A stretch of 64,000 nt of DNA from Candidatus Latescibacterota bacterium (GCA_965206595.1 OZ242214.1:512001-576000); one strand, 5' to 3'; counted from the first letter of the stretch, positions 18,526 through 29,423 are shown. Made by a program: numbers and translations. Notes: generated by a model from the letters alone, not told the origin.

Positions 18526-21500
18526 ATGACGGAAGCACAGATGAACCTCGATTTCCCGGGAAGGCCGAGCGCGCGCGCCATCCTCGACCGCATCCGCGAG
18601 GACAGCCGCGACGAGGCCGAGAAGGGGCGCTGGTTCGAACAGTTGTTCATGCGGGTTGCGCTGCAGGAGCCGGAGTTCGAGATCGAGGGAATCTGGCGCT
18701 GGCCCGACTGGCCCGAGCGCGAGGCCCTGACCGGACTCGACGGGCGCGACATCGGGATCGATCTCGTGGCGCGGCGAACCTCCGGCGAGTGGGTCGCCAT
18801 CCAGTGCAAGTGCTACGACGACCGGCATGTTCTCGGCAAGGGCGGGATCGACAAGTTTCTCGGCGGCTCCCAACAGCCGGTCTTCCGCCTGCGTTGGATC
18901 GTGGCGACATGCCGATGGGGGCCGAATGCGGAGCGCGCGATCCAGAACGCCCATCCCCAGATCACGCAGGTCGACTTTCGGCAGTATCTGAACGTCCAGG
19001 TCGAGGAGGAGGACGCCAGGCGCCCGGTGCAGGAGCCCTGGCCTCTTCAGTCAGAGGCGATCGAAGACGCCGTCACCGGACTTGCCAACCACGACCGGGG
19101 CCGGCTCATCATGGCCTGCGGGACGGGCAAGACCTTCACCGCCCTTCGCATCGCCGAGGAGATCGTCGAAGACGGACAGCGGATTCTCTTCGCCGCCCCG
19201 ACCATTGCGCTGGTCTCTCAGGCGCGGCGCGAATGGCTCCGGCAGACGACGCGCAGGCTTGAATGCATGGTCGTGTGCTCCGATCCCACCGCAGGCGGAC
19301 GCAACGAGAACGAGGATATCCGGATCTCCGAGCTGGAATGCCCGGTGACGACGGACCCGGCCGAGATCGCCGGGTCGCTCGACGGCGAAGGGGCAACCCG
19401 CGTGGTCTTCTGCACCTACCACTCGCTGGGACGGGTGACCGAGGCTCAGGCCCTTCATGGTGCGCCGGTCTTCGATCTGGCCATCGCCGACGAGGCTCAT
19501 AGAACGACCGGAGCGATTCTCGGGGAGCGCCGGTCAGCCGGGGCCCGCAAGGTCGACTTCCAGGAGTTCCATGACGACGCGCGGCTGCAGGCCCGCAAGC
19601 GCCTCTACATGACGGCCACGCCGCGCCTCTACACCGAACGGTCCAGGAGCAAGCTGGCCAAACGGGGAGTCGAAGTCGTCGATATGGGCGACTATGACGT
19701 GTACGGGCCGGAACTCCACCGGCTTCCGTTCGCCAAGGCCGTGGACCACAAGATGCTCTCCGATTACCGGGTGATCGTACTCGGGGTGAGCGAGGGCAGC
19801 GTCACCGAGGGCCTGCGCCGGCGCCTCGAAGAGCTCGACACGTCGACCAAGCGCAGTCAGGCGCCGACGACCAACGACATGACGCGTGTGCTCGGCGTCT
19901 CCCTGGCCGTGAACGGCGTCACCGAAGGCAAGGGTCTGGAGCAGCCCGCCCAGCTGCCGCGCACGATGGCCTTCGCCAACAGCATCGCGCGCTCGAAGTG
20001 GTATGCCGAAGCGCTCATGGAGAGCCAGGTTCTTCGGGCGACCACCCGGCGGATGCAGACCGGCCGGGCGATGAAAGTGGCGGCCCGGCACCTCGATGCG
20101 TCGGCCAGCGCCCTTCGGCGCAATCAGGAACTGCGGGCGCTGGCCGATGCCGACAGGGACGAAGAGTGCCGGGTGGTCTGCAACGTCAAGCTCTTCACCG
20201 AGGGCGTGGATGTGCCGTCCCTCGACGCCGTTGCCTTCCTGGACCCCCGCGACAGTCAGGTCGATGTGGTCCAGGCCGTCGGGCGCGTGATGAGGAAGGC
20301 CCCGGGCAAGCGCTTCGGCTACATCATCATCCCCGTCGTCGTCGAACCGGGCCGCGATGTGGCGGCGGCGCTCGAGCGAGGCACCGAGGGCTACGGGACG
20401 GTGGGCCGCGTGCTGCGCGCCCTCCAGGCCCATGACGGACGCCTCGCCGAGTCGCCCGCCAACTTCATCAAGGTCTACGAGGAGAAGAAGGACAAGGCGC
20501 CGGGAGACCCGAGCGGCGGCGGTGTCGTGCGCGAAACCGGGGACGACTACCTCCAGCGCGAACTGGAATTGAAGAAAGCCGAGCAGGGGATCTACGCGCA
20601 TGTCGCCGCGGCCTCGGGGCTCGGGAGGCCCGGTCAGATCGTCGCCGACGAGATCGCCGAAGCGGTGCGGCGCGCCAGCGCCGTACTCCAGGAAGAAGCG
20701 ATGGAGGGTCCGCTCGCCGAAGCCCTCGACCTCGTGCCGGAAGACGACGGCGGCTCGAAGGGCATCTGCACGGTCGCCGCGCTCATGCTCTGCAACGCCT
20801 GCCTGCTGCAGCGCCGCCTGCGCGACGAGCCGGAGATGAAGACCATCGTCAGGCTCGACAAGGTCGCAGGCGCGAGACACCCGAGAGAGGTTCTCGAAGT
20901 CGCCTGGGAGTCGATTCTCGAAAAGGACTACGCGCCGGTCTTCCGGCCCGGCCTCGCGGTGCTCGGGGCACTGCGCGAAGGCAAGGCGATCGACGACGCC
21001 ATCCGCATGGTCGCCGAGTGCGCCAACCGCGTCGCCGACTCCCTGAGCGATCTCGGCTACGACCACGCGGGACCGCTTTACCACCGGATCCTCGGCTCAG
21101 CCAAGAGTGACGGAGCTTTCTACACCAACAACCTGTCGGCCGTCATGCTGGCGCGGCTCGCCTTCACGCGGGACTTGCTCGACTGGTCCGACCCGGAGAC
21201 GGTGGCGGCGCTCCGCATCATCGATCCCGCCTGCGGAACCGGGACGCTGCTCATGGCCACGCTTCAGACCCTCAAAGCCCGGGTCGCCGAGACTCGGGAG
21301 CTGAGCGGCGAGGACGAAAATACCCTGCACAAGCGGCTCGTCGAAGATGGGCTCTGCGGCCTGGACATCAACCAGCACGGCGTCCAGCTGGCTGCCTGCA
21401 ACATGACACTCGGCGCGCCGACCGTCGATTACGCGCGCATGAACCTTCTGACCATGCCCCACGGCCCGCAGGCCGACGGCACGTTCAGGGCCGGCTCTCT

Positions 21501-22941
21501 CGAACTGCTGAATGCCGAGGCCGAGCGCTTCGACCTGTTCGAAGCGGCGCGGCCCAGGCGGGCCTTCGAGGACTTCGAAGCCGAACAGGTCGACGAGAGC
21601 GAGGTGATCCGCTTCCCGCTGCGCGGCGTCGATGCCGTGATCATGAACGCCCCGTTCACGGACAACAGGAAGCGAGGCCGAAAGTTCTCCGCCGAAGCCA
21701 TCAAGGCCATGCAGCGACACGAACTCGACATCCGGGACAGGCTTCTGGCGCGGGATTCAACAGCGGGCGGGGTCATTACGACCAATAGCATCAGCACGTT
21801 CTTCACGCCGCTTGCGGATCAGCTTCTGAGTTCCCGGCAAGGCATTCTGGCCAAGGTGATTCCCGCCACCGCCTGCACTGGCGCATCCGGCATTGACGAA
21901 CGCCGCTTTCTCGCCGAGCGATTCCACATCGAGCGTATCGTCACTACCCATGATCCGAAACGGATCAACTTCTCGGAGAACACCAGCATCCACGAATGCC
22001 TGCTTGTTTGTCGGCGTTACCCGCAAGGAGCGCGACCGGCGACGGAGTTCGTATCGCTCCGAGTCATGCCGGACGACGCCGAAGAGGCGATTGCGGCGGC
22101 AGATGCCATCGCCTCCGGTGCGCCAGGAGGCTGGGGCAGCGTCCAGCGTTGGCCGGCGGACCTCGTCAGCGCCGGGGACTGGACCCCGGCGCAGTGGTAT
22201 GACGGCGCGCTCGCGCAAGCCGCATGGGAGCTGGAGCGCAATACGCTGCTGGAGCCAGCGGGTTTGCGGTATGAAATCCGCCCCGCGGGCCAGCGTATCC
22301 AAGACGCATACGAAGTTTCCGACGGAGAAGAGCCCGGAGCGCTCCCGGGGTTTCATTCAGTCGCGGGTAGTCTACGCCGCACACTGCTCAGTCAGCCTGA
22401 CGTATGGTATCGGCCCAAGGCAGCCAAGCGCGGCTTGGCAGATCGATACAAGGCGCAACGAAGCCATCTTCTGGTTCCGATGCGCTTCGACACGGTCAGC
22501 GGGCGACTGACGGGCTTGTGGACGGAACAGCCATCGTTCGGATGGTGGGTGCCGATCGCGGTGCAGGACGAGCACACTGCGAAAGCGCTGGCCGCCTGGT
22601 GGAACTCTACACCCGTACGGCTGATGCTGCTCAATCGCCGGGCGCAGAAGTTGACGTATCCCACCTGGCAGCTCGCGCACCTTCGGGAAATCCGAATTCC
22701 GAAGCCGGACAGCCCGGCCTGGACCTCACTGCGCGATGCCTTCGATCAGGTCTGCGACACGGAACTGCTCCCCATGAGGCAGGCCGAGGAATGCGAAGTC
22801 CGCAAGACCATTGACAGGGCTGCCGCAACTGTGCTCGGCGTCGACGCTGATATCCTGGCGGACTGGCGGCGACGCTTGGCCTCAGAGCCCACGATCACCA
22901 ATACGCGAGCCGAGGGACCCGGGGGCAACACGGCGTCATGA
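18526..22941 (+). CDS. Type ISP-like single-polypeptide restriction-modification enzyme (Mrr-like nuclease, SF2 helicase, adenine MTase, putative TRD)
   Basis: GIDLVA...AIQCKCY, ACGTGKT, DEAH, MTATP, QAVGRVMR, IIDPACGTGTLL and MNAPF (motif IV variant). ATG lies 2 nt after the vapC stop. Confidence 0.85.
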   Translation: MTEAQMNLDFPGRPSARAILDRIREDSRDEAEKGRWFEQLFMRVALQEPEFEIEGIWRWPDWPEREALTGLDGRDIGIDLVARRTSGEWVAIQCKCYDDRHVLGKGGIDKFLGGSQQPVFRLRWIVATCRWGPNAERAIQNAHPQITQVDFRQYLNVQVEEEDARRPVQEPWPLQSEAIEDAVTGLANHDRGRLIMACGTGKTFTALRIAEEIVEDGQRILFAAPTIALVSQARREWLRQTTRRLECMVVCSDPTAGGRNENEDIRISELECPVTTDPAEIAGSLDGEGATRVVFCTYHSLGRVTEAQALHGAPVFDLAIADEAHRTTGAILGERRSAGARKVDFQEFHDDARLQARKRLYMTATPRLYTERSRSKLAKRGVEVVDMGDYDVYGPELHRLPFAKAVDHKMLSDYRVIVLGVSEGSVTEGLRRRLEELDTSTKRSQAPTTNDMTRVLGVSLAVNGVTEGKGLEQPAQLPRTMAFANSIARSKWYAEALMESQVLRATTRRMQTGRAMKVAARHLDASASALRRNQELRALADADRDEECRVVCNVKLFTEGVDVPSLDAVAFLDPRDSQVDVVQAVGRVMRKAPGKRFGYIIIPVVVEPGRDVAAALERGTEGYGTVGRVLRALQAHDGRLAESPANFIKVYEEKKDKAPGDPSGGGVVRETGDDYLQRELELKKAEQGIYAHVAAASGLGRPGQIVADEIAEAVRRASAVLQEEAMEGPLAEALDLVPEDDGGSKGICTVAALMLCNACLLQRRLRDEPEMKTIVRLDKVAGARHPREVLEVAWESILEKDYAPVFRPGLAVLGALREGKAIDDAIRMVAECANRVADSLSDLGYDHAGPLYHRILGSAKSDGAFYTNNLSAVMLARLAFTRDLLDWSDPETVAALRIIDPACGTGTLLMATLQTLKARVAETRELSGEDENTLHKRLVEDGLCGLDINQHGVQLAACNMTLGAPTVDYARMNLLTMPHGPQADGTFRAGSLELLNAEAERFDLFEAARPRRAFEDFEAEQVDESEVIRFPLRGVDAVIMNAPFTDNRKRGRKFSAEAIKAMQRHELDIRDRLLARDSTAGGVITTNSISTFFTPLADQLLSSRQGILAKVIPATACTGASGIDERRFLAERFHIERIVTTHDPKRINFSENTSIHECLLVCRRYPQGARPATEFVSLRVMPDDAEEAIAAADAIASGAPGGWGSVQRWPADLVSAGDWTPAQWYDGALAQAAWELERNTLLEPAGLRYEIRPAGQRIQDAYEVSDGEEPGALPGFHSVAGSLRRTLLSQPDVWYRPKAAKRGLADRYKAQRSHLLVPMRFDTVSGRLTGLWTEQPSFGWWVPIAVQDEHTAKALAAWWNSTPVRLMLLNRRAQKLTYPTWQLAHLREIRIPKPDSPAWTSLRDAFDQVCDTELLPMRQAEECEVRKTIDRAAATVLGVDADILADWRRRLASEPTITNTRAEGPGGNTAS

Positions 22942-23050
22942 ATGCAAAGCCACTCCCTCCAACGAACCCGACGCGGGTGCGCAGGAGGCTTGAGCATGTC
23001 TGTGGAGTGCTCTCTGTCCTGTACTCTTGGATCATGGAGGAGTCAATGTC

Positions 23051-24091
23051 ATGTTGAAACGCTTGCAGATACGGAATTTCCGCGGCTTCAACGCGCTTGA
23101 AATCGATCCGTTGAGCAGCATCAACCTCATCGCCGGAGAGAATAATTCCGGCAAGACCAGCTTGCTCGAGGCACTCTTTCTCTTGGCTGGTGCCGGAAAC
23201 GCGCAATTGGCCGTAAATGCCAATGTTATTCGGGGAAAAGAACCAGGTGCTCCAGTGCAAGATCCCTTCTGGAAACAACTTTTCTACAATCTGGACATGG
23301 GGCGTCATATTGACATTACAGGATATCATGAATCGCGTGGTGAATTGTCCTTGAAGATCACCTCGGAGCGACAGTCCACCACCGAGATCTCCCTTGAGCG
23401 TACGGACGGCGTTTCGGCGACGAATCTCTTCGACGAACGTTCACTCGTTTTCCAGTACAGCGACCCTTTCAATGAGGAAATTGAGAGTCACATACGCATC
23501 AAGGGACAGGACCTTGAGGTCAATCAATCTGCCACAAAGATTCTCTTGCCTACTGCAATTCTCTTGTCTCGAACCAGGAATCCCCAGGAAGATGCCACGA
23601 AGCTGGGACAGTTGAGAAGACAGAAACAGGGCGATTTGCTCTTGAGAGCACTACAGGCCATCGAGCCGAAGCTACAGAGCATCGAAGACAATTCCTCCAG
23701 CGGCGCTCCCATGATCTGGGGGGATATCGGGTTGCCCGAACTGGTGCCGCTGCCAGCAATGGGTGAAGGCATGACTCAGATTGCCCGGCTCGTGTTGGCC
23801 ATAGCTTCCATGCCGGATGGTGTCGTTCTCGTCGATGAGATTGAAAACGGCATTCACCACTCGGCACTGCCCGATGTCTGGCGGGCCATTGACGAAGCAG
23901 CCAGGCAGTTTCACACGCAGATATTCGCCACCACGCATAGTTTTGAATGTATAGAGGCGGCGCATCTCGCTCTCGGCCCTGACGGCTTTCTTCTACACCG
24001 GCTCGAAGTCAGCGACGCGGAAAATCGTTGCGTCACCTTCAAGCCAAATGGAATCAGTGCCGCCATCCGACACAATCTCGAGGTGCGCTAG
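23051..24091 (+). CDS. ABC/AAA_21-type ATPase
   Basis: IRNFRGF, GENNSGKT, signature-like MGEG, LVDEIENGIH, ATTHS. Confidence 0.88.
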   Translation: MLKRLQIRNFRGFNALEIDPLSSINLIAGENNSGKTSLLEALFLLAGAGNAQLAVNANVIRGKEPGAPVQDPFWKQLFYNLDMGRHIDITGYHESRGELSLKITSERQSTTEISLERTDGVSATNLFDERSLVFQYSDPFNEEIESHIRIKGQDLEVNQSATKILLPTAILLSRTRNPQEDATKLGQLRRQKQGDLLLRALQAIEPKLQSIEDNSSSGAPMIWGDIGLPELVPLPAMGEGMTQIARLVLAIASMPDGVVLVDEIENGIHHSALPDVWRAIDEAARQFHTQIFATTHSFECIEAAHLALGPDGFLLHRLEVSDAENRCVTFKPNGISAAIRHNLEVR

Positions 24092-24093
24092 AT

Positions 24094-24735
24094 ATGCCGA
24101 AGCCAGCAGAAATCGAATTGGCAGTCCAGCTTCTTGTCGAGGGCAATGATCAGCGCAATTTCTTTGAGGCATTTACCAGTCACCTCTCGATCGCCAATGT
24201 CCAGGTTCAGAACTTTGGCGGGGTCAACCAACTGAGCGATTTCCTGGAGGGATTCGTAGGCGCGACTGGATTTCGTGAAACCGTCCGCAGGCTCGGCATC
24301 GTTCGGGATGCAGAAACGTCCGCCGGAGGGGCCTTCCAAAGCGTTCAGTCAGCGCTGAGCAATGCCGCACTGCCCGTGCCAGACAGCCCTGTAGAATGCA
24401 CCGGGGGCAGCCCGGCGGTGGCAGTGCTGATACTACCCGGCGACAATCGCCAGGGGATGCTTGAAACGCTACTGTGTGAGAGCATTGCGGTTACGCCGGT
24501 GGAGGGCTGCATCGATGACTTTTTCAACTGTGTCGAAGCTCTGCCGGACGTGTCTGTCGGAAGATCCGACAAAGCCCGTGCCCATGCCTATCTGACCACA
24601 AAGCCCAATCCTCATTTTTCCGTAGGCGTGGCCGCAAAGAATGACTACTGGGATCTGAATCACAGCGTCTTCAGCACGGTCCGTGATTTTCTGCGGATGA
24701 TAGCTGCAATCGATGTGCCGCCGGTAGCAAACTGA
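24094..24735 (+). CDS. DUF3226-like (TOPRIM-type) protein
   Basis: LLVEGND, LGIVRDAE, GMLETL, KARAHAYL; translationally coupled to the ATPase. Confidence 0.7.
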   Translation: MPKPAEIELAVQLLVEGNDQRNFFEAFTSHLSIANVQVQNFGGVNQLSDFLEGFVGATGFRETVRRLGIVRDAETSAGGAFQSVQSALSNAALPVPDSPVECTGGSPAVAVLILPGDNRQGMLETLLCESIAVTPVEGCIDDFFNCVEALPDVSVGRSDKARAHAYLTTKPNPHFSVGVAAKNDYWDLNHSVFSTVRDFLRMIAAIDVPPVAN

Positions 24736-24749
24736 CGGGAAGGTGTGAC

Positions 24750-26309
24750 ATGACCACGCACGACATGGGGAAGCACCTGTTCGTCGACGACGAGGAGATC
24801 CACCAGACCTTCGGCACCTGGCGCGTCCTCAACCAGCCGACCAAGCTGCCCGGACCCCTGATCACCAGCGGCGAGCCCGGCCGCGGCGTCGCCGCCTGGG
24901 GCAACGCCATCCGCGAGGAGGACGGCCGCCTGCGCCTGTGGTACCTGTCCTACCTGACCAAGGGTCACGACATGGGCCGCGCCGGCGTCTGGGGCCGCGG
25001 CAGGGAGTACGGCTTCTTCCCGCAGGGCATGCCGGGGGAGTGCCCGATCACCCACCACTCCCTCGGGATGTACGCCGAGTCGACGGACGGCCTCACCTGG
25101 GAGAAGCCGAACCTCGGCCTCTACGAGCACCGCGGCTCCCGGGACAACAACATCTTCCTGACCGGGGAGGCGGCGTCGCGGCAGTTCGATGGCTGCGTCA
25201 CCAACTGGGACGGCCACACCATCGTCCGCGACGAGGCCGAGGAGGACCCGGAGCGGCGCTACAAGATGGTCGCCCACTGGGAGACCTCCCACGTCTGGGA
25301 CAACCGCGTGCACCTGCTCGACCGCCCAGAGGAGGACATGGAGCGGTTCTGGGCGCACCGGGCCAAGTACATCACCTGCAGCCCGGACGGGATCCACTGG
25401 AACCAGCCGCTGGAGCGCTTCAAGGGGTGCGAGGGGGGCGACCGCATAATCCTCATGCGCGACTACCGCAATCGGCGCTGGATGCTCTTCGACCGGCCGC
25501 TGACCGAGCCGATCCCCGGGATCGGGTACACCCGCTTCCTCGGGCTGAGCTACAGCGACGACCTCGTCGAGTTCACTAGCCCGAACGAGGTGGTGCTGAC
25601 CCCGGACGAGCTCGACGGCCACGGCGAGCTGATGCAGTTCGAGAGCTTCATCCCCTTCAACTACGGCAACCAGGACCTCGCCTTCCTGTTCGCCAGCAGC
25701 CTGCGCACCGGCGGTTTGTCGAGCACGTACCTGCTGTCCCACCGGGACAGCGGCCCCTGGAAACGGGTCTTCCGCGACCAGCCGTTCCTTCCGGTCGGCG
25801 CCCCGGGGGCCCACGACCGCTGCAGCGTCGTGCCGCTCCACAACGAGCCGATCGTCGTCGGCGACCGCATGTACATCTACTACGACTGCTCGCGCACCGA
25901 GGAGCAGCATCCCGACGGGGTGCGCTGCATCGCCGGCGCCCACCTGCGGCTCGACGGGTTCGTCGGCATGGCGAGCCGCAACCTCAGGGGACGCGGCCCG
26001 GACGGCTCGGATGCATCCGCCTGGATCATCACCCGGCCGGTGCGCGTCGAGGGCCCCGAGCTGACGGTCAATCTCGAGGTCGTCGAGGAGTGGGCGGAGC
26101 GGGAGTGCGTCGTCGAGCTGCGCCGGCCCGACTGGACGCCGATCGACGGCTACCGGTACGAGGACTGTTTCTCAGTCATGGAGAACTCGGTCGCCGCGCC
26201 GGTGCGCTGGAAGCACCGCGACAACGTCGCCGGGTTGGTTGGGGAGCAGGTGGTCGTATGCATCCGCTACAGTCACGCCGTCCTCTACAGCTACCGCTTC
26301 GGCGACTGA
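24750..26309 (+). CDS. GH32-like propeller hypothetical protein
   Basis: HLFVDD, YAESTDGLTWEKPNLG, LRLDGFVG. Confidence 0.75.
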   Translation: MTTHDMGKHLFVDDEEIHQTFGTWRVLNQPTKLPGPLITSGEPGRGVAAWGNAIREEDGRLRLWYLSYLTKGHDMGRAGVWGRGREYGFFPQGMPGECPITHHSLGMYAESTDGLTWEKPNLGLYEHRGSRDNNIFLTGEAASRQFDGCVTNWDGHTIVRDEAEEDPERRYKMVAHWETSHVWDNRVHLLDRPEEDMERFWAHRAKYITCSPDGIHWNQPLERFKGCEGGDRIILMRDYRNRRWMLFDRPLTEPIPGIGYTRFLGLSYSDDLVEFTSPNEVVLTPDELDGHGELMQFESFIPFNYGNQDLAFLFASSLRTGGLSSTYLLSHRDSGPWKRVFRDQPFLPVGAPGAHDRCSVVPLHNEPIVVGDRMYIYYDCSRTEEQHPDGVRCIAGAHLRLDGFVGMASRNLRGRGPDGSDASAWIITRPVRVEGPELTVNLEVVEEWAERECVVELRRPDWTPIDGYRYEDCFSVMENSVAAPVRWKHRDNVAGLVGEQVVVCIRYSHAVLYSYRFGD

Positions 26310-26402
26310 GGGCCTATCTGCCTGTATCCCGTGTAAATGGATGGCCGGGATTCGGCCGCGGAGGATGCAGCGGCGGCCGAATCCCGGAGTCGCGTGTGCA
26401 GA

Positions 26403-27851
26403 CTACGAACCGAGGAACTGAAACGCGTACAGCTTCACCCAGCGGCCGCTGAAGCGAAGCCGCACGTTCCTTCCGCGCAGCGCCGACAGATCGGCGGACC
26501 CGTTCCAGGTCGCGGTCTGCGCGACGTCGTTGAAGTGCAGGCGGTCCGCCTCGGTTCGGCCGTACCCCCACAGGGCGTGCCCGCTGGCGTCGAGGACCTC
26601 CACCTCGAGCCAGCCGCGCGAGCTGGCATCCATGTTCACCTGCAGCCGGTCCCCGGCGAGCGCGAACGGAACCGTGGTCAGGGACGATTCTCCGGAGTCG
26701 GCGTCCTGCGAAACGAAGCCGTCGAGGCGCACGCGGAGGCGGCCGATACCCCCGGGATCCCGGTGGCCGACGTCGAGGTCGTGCCGGTGCGGGTGGCCCC
26801 CGTAGTAGAGGAAGAGCTCGTCACCGGCGGGAAGGAGGCCGGCCCCCATGTAGAGCGACCGCGAGTCGAAGCGGCCCGTGGCTCCCAGCCGGACGAAGGG
26901 CTCGAGCCAGCGGTGGAAGCCGATGCCGTCGCGGCTCGTGGCCAGCTGGATGTCGAGGGTGTCGCTGGTGTGGTGGTAGGCCGAGGGGAAGATCAGGTAG
27001 GCGTCGGCCGCGAGGGGGTACTTGATCGCCGCGGTGTTGTAGAGCCCGCCGCCGGCCAGGTCGTCGTCCTCGGGGTGGCTGAAGTCCGGCTCGTGGACCT
27101 TCACCGGCTCGGGGAAGCGGGCGAAGTCGTCGCTTTCCGAGCGGGCGATGGAGCGGTAATCGAAGGAGCCGACCTGCCTGCCCTCCTCGTTTACGTGCAG
27201 GTGATCGTTCCAGCGCACGTAGGCGACGTAGCGCTCGATGCGGTCGTCCCAGAAGGCGACGTTGTGGGTGTCGGTGTACCACGGCATGATCGGCCCGTCG
27301 TACTTCGTCCAGTGGATGCCGTCCGGCGAGTGCGCGCCGATGACGGCCTGGTACTCCCAGGTCTCCAGCTCGCCGGTGAAATAGCGGAAGCGGGCGCCGC
27401 CGCAGTTGACGCTCGTGACCCCCCATTTCGACCGGTCCGAGCCGATCAGCTTGTAGCGCCGTTCCGGGACGTCGTGCGGGTCCTCGAAGACGCCGGCGTG
27501 GATGTCGCGGGCAACGATGTTGTTCTTCGTGTTCCCCTCGTATTCGCAGATCCCCAGCTCCGGCTTCTCCCACTCGATGCCGTCGCCGGATTCGGCGTAG
27601 CAGAGCCACTGGCTGCCGCCGCGGCCCTCGGTGCTGTAGTACCACATCTTGTGGGGGCAGTCGGTGCCTGCGGCGACGGCAGGCTGGCTGATGCCCCCGG
27701 CCTCCCACGGCCTGTCCGCGGCCAGCGCCGGCTGCTCGGCGCGCACCGCGGGGTTCATCGCCAGGTGAAACCCGCGCTTTGCCGCCACCAGGGCGTCGTC
27801 GAAGAGGATCTGCTTCTCTGTCCCGAATTCGTGCAGTGGCTGCGTCTCCAT
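26403..27851 (-). CDS. GH32-like propeller hypothetical protein
   Basis: QILFDD, YAESGDGIEWEKPELG, TDTHN, VRLDGFVS. Confidence 0.75.
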   Translation of the reverse strand: METQPLHEFGTEKQILFDDALVAAKRGFHLAMNPAVRAEQPALAADRPWEAGGISQPAVAAGTDCPHKMWYYSTEGRGGSQWLCYAESGDGIEWEKPELGICEYEGNTKNNIVARDIHAGVFEDPHDVPERRYKLIGSDRSKWGVTSVNCGGARFRYFTGELETWEYQAVIGAHSPDGIHWTKYDGPIMPWYTDTHNVAFWDDRIERYVAYVRWNDHLHVNEEGRQVGSFDYRSIARSESDDFARFPEPVKVHEPDFSHPEDDDLAGGGLYNTAAIKYPLAADAYLIFPSAYHHTSDTLDIQLATSRDGIGFHRWLEPFVRLGATGRFDSRSLYMGAGLLPAGDELFLYYGGHPHRHDLDVGHRDPGGIGRLRVRLDGFVSQDADSGESSLTTVPFALAGDRLQVNMDASSRGWLEVEVLDASGHALWGYGRTEADRLHFNDVAQTATWNGSADLSALRGRNVRLRFSGRWVKLYAFQFLGS

Positions 27852-28172
27852 CGATTTTCTCCAATCCTGTCGGCCCCGCGGGGCCGGGGTTGCCTTCCCG
27901 GTGAATTCCCTCCACCGGTCATTCCGTTCCCGCGATGATATAAAGAGACGGCTGCGCCCGCTCAAGAAGGCACGACCCGAATGACCGCCCCGTGCCCGTG
28001 CTTCGCTTCGGTCGCTACCGGTGGATGTGCGAAGCCCGGGGTGCCGCGCATCACCCGAAAGAAGGGATTGCCTTCCCGGACTGATCCGGTCCGCATCGAG
28101 CCGATGGCGATTCGGCTGGCGTTTCACCCTGGCAGATCGTCGATGCGTGAAACATGTGCGTTTCGCAGGCGG

Positions 28173-29291
28173 TCAGGTTTGGGCGCCGGCGGTTTCGAGG
28201 AAGGCGATTGCTTTCTTGTGGTTCTTCTCGTGCGCCCGCGCCAGCGGGGTTCGCCCCTGCTTGTCCTTCTGGTTGATCCTGGCGCCGTGATCGAGCAGCA
28301 ACTGCAGCATCTTGTCGCTGGCGCCGAAATGGACTGCCACGTGCAGGCAGTTCTCGCCGTCATCGCTTTCGATTTTGTTGGGATCCTGTCGCTTCTCGAG
28401 CAGCCACTTCGCCCCCTTTATGCTGCGACCGGAAACCGCACAGCCGAGGGGGGTATAGCCACCGTGATGCCCGGTGCCGCGGGTACCGTCGAGTTTACCT
28501 CCGTACTCCAGTAGCATCTCCAGGGCGTCGAACTGCCCATCGCATGCGGCGTGGTTGATGGTGTCGTCGTCCGTGCAAGTGCCGCCAGCCTCGAGGAGCA
28601 TTTCCAGGACTTCCATGTTGTTGCTGTAGATTGCCTGATCGACGCAGCCGGTGATGTCGGCGCCGCAATCCAGCAGGGACCGCGCAATCTGTGCCAAGCC
28701 CTTGCTCTTGTTCTCGTCGTCTTTTCCGATATGTGAACCGACACAGTAGTTCAGGGATGTCCAACCATCGGCGTTCGCCCAGAGTTTACTGCCCTCGTGA
28801 TGAACTTTCGCCAGGGACGGATCCGCCTCCAGGAGGGTGTTCACGCGCTCGACATCGCCGAGGACGGCAGCGTGAAAGATGTCGTGCTGTTCAGGTGCTT
28901 TCTTCAGCAGGGCCGGCAGGAATTCGGTCGAATCGCCGGTGGCGCAGAGGGCAATTGCGCTGATGAGCCAATGGCTCCCGGGCATCAACGGGTCGGCGCC
29001 AGCATCGAGCAGGAGATCGACTACTTGGTGGTGCCCCTCGTGTTTGGGAACCGTCTTCTTGAATTCTACAGTGCGGTGCAAGGGACGGTAGCGGTGTGCC
29101 GATCTGGATTTGATGTTCGGATCGGCGCCGTTCTGCAGCAGGAGCGCCACGGCGTCTGCCTGTCCGACGAAACAGGCATCCATAATCGGCTGCCAGTCGG
29201 TCGCAAGCGTCTTGTCCTGATTGAGCATGGCGTTCATGGTTTCGAGGTCGCCGCGCCCGGCTGCGGTGGCGAGTGCTTTGGCGGGTTTCAT
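28173..29291 (-). CDS. Ankyrin-repeat protein
   Basis: Multiple repeats: LLLQNGADPN, GYTPLGCA, GENCLHVA, GRTPLARA. Confidence 0.88.
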   Translation of the reverse strand: MKPAKALATAAGRGDLETMNAMLNQDKTLATDWQPIMDACFVGQADAVALLLQNGADPNIKSRSAHRYRPLHRTVEFKKTVPKHEGHHQVVDLLLDAGADPLMPGSHWLISAIALCATGDSTEFLPALLKKAPEQHDIFHAAVLGDVERVNTLLEADPSLAKVHHEGSKLWANADGWTSLNYCVGSHIGKDDENKSKGLAQIARSLLDCGADITGCVDQAIYSNNMEVLEMLLEAGGTCTDDDTINHAACDGQFDALEMLLEYGGKLDGTRGTGHHGGYTPLGCAVSGRSIKGAKWLLEKRQDPNKIESDDGENCLHVAVHFGASDKMLQLLLDHGARINQKDKQGRTPLARAHEKNHKKAIAFLETAGAQT

Positions 29292-29423
29292 TGTATTTCG
29301 CCCCTCGCTTGGGTAGTGGTAGTCAAGTAGGATGGCTTATTGGGAATCAATGATATGATAGAGGCTGGATCGCAAGGCAGTGTTAAAGTTGCGGGCCGTA
29401 TCCGGCCCTTGTCCGTGCCCGGC

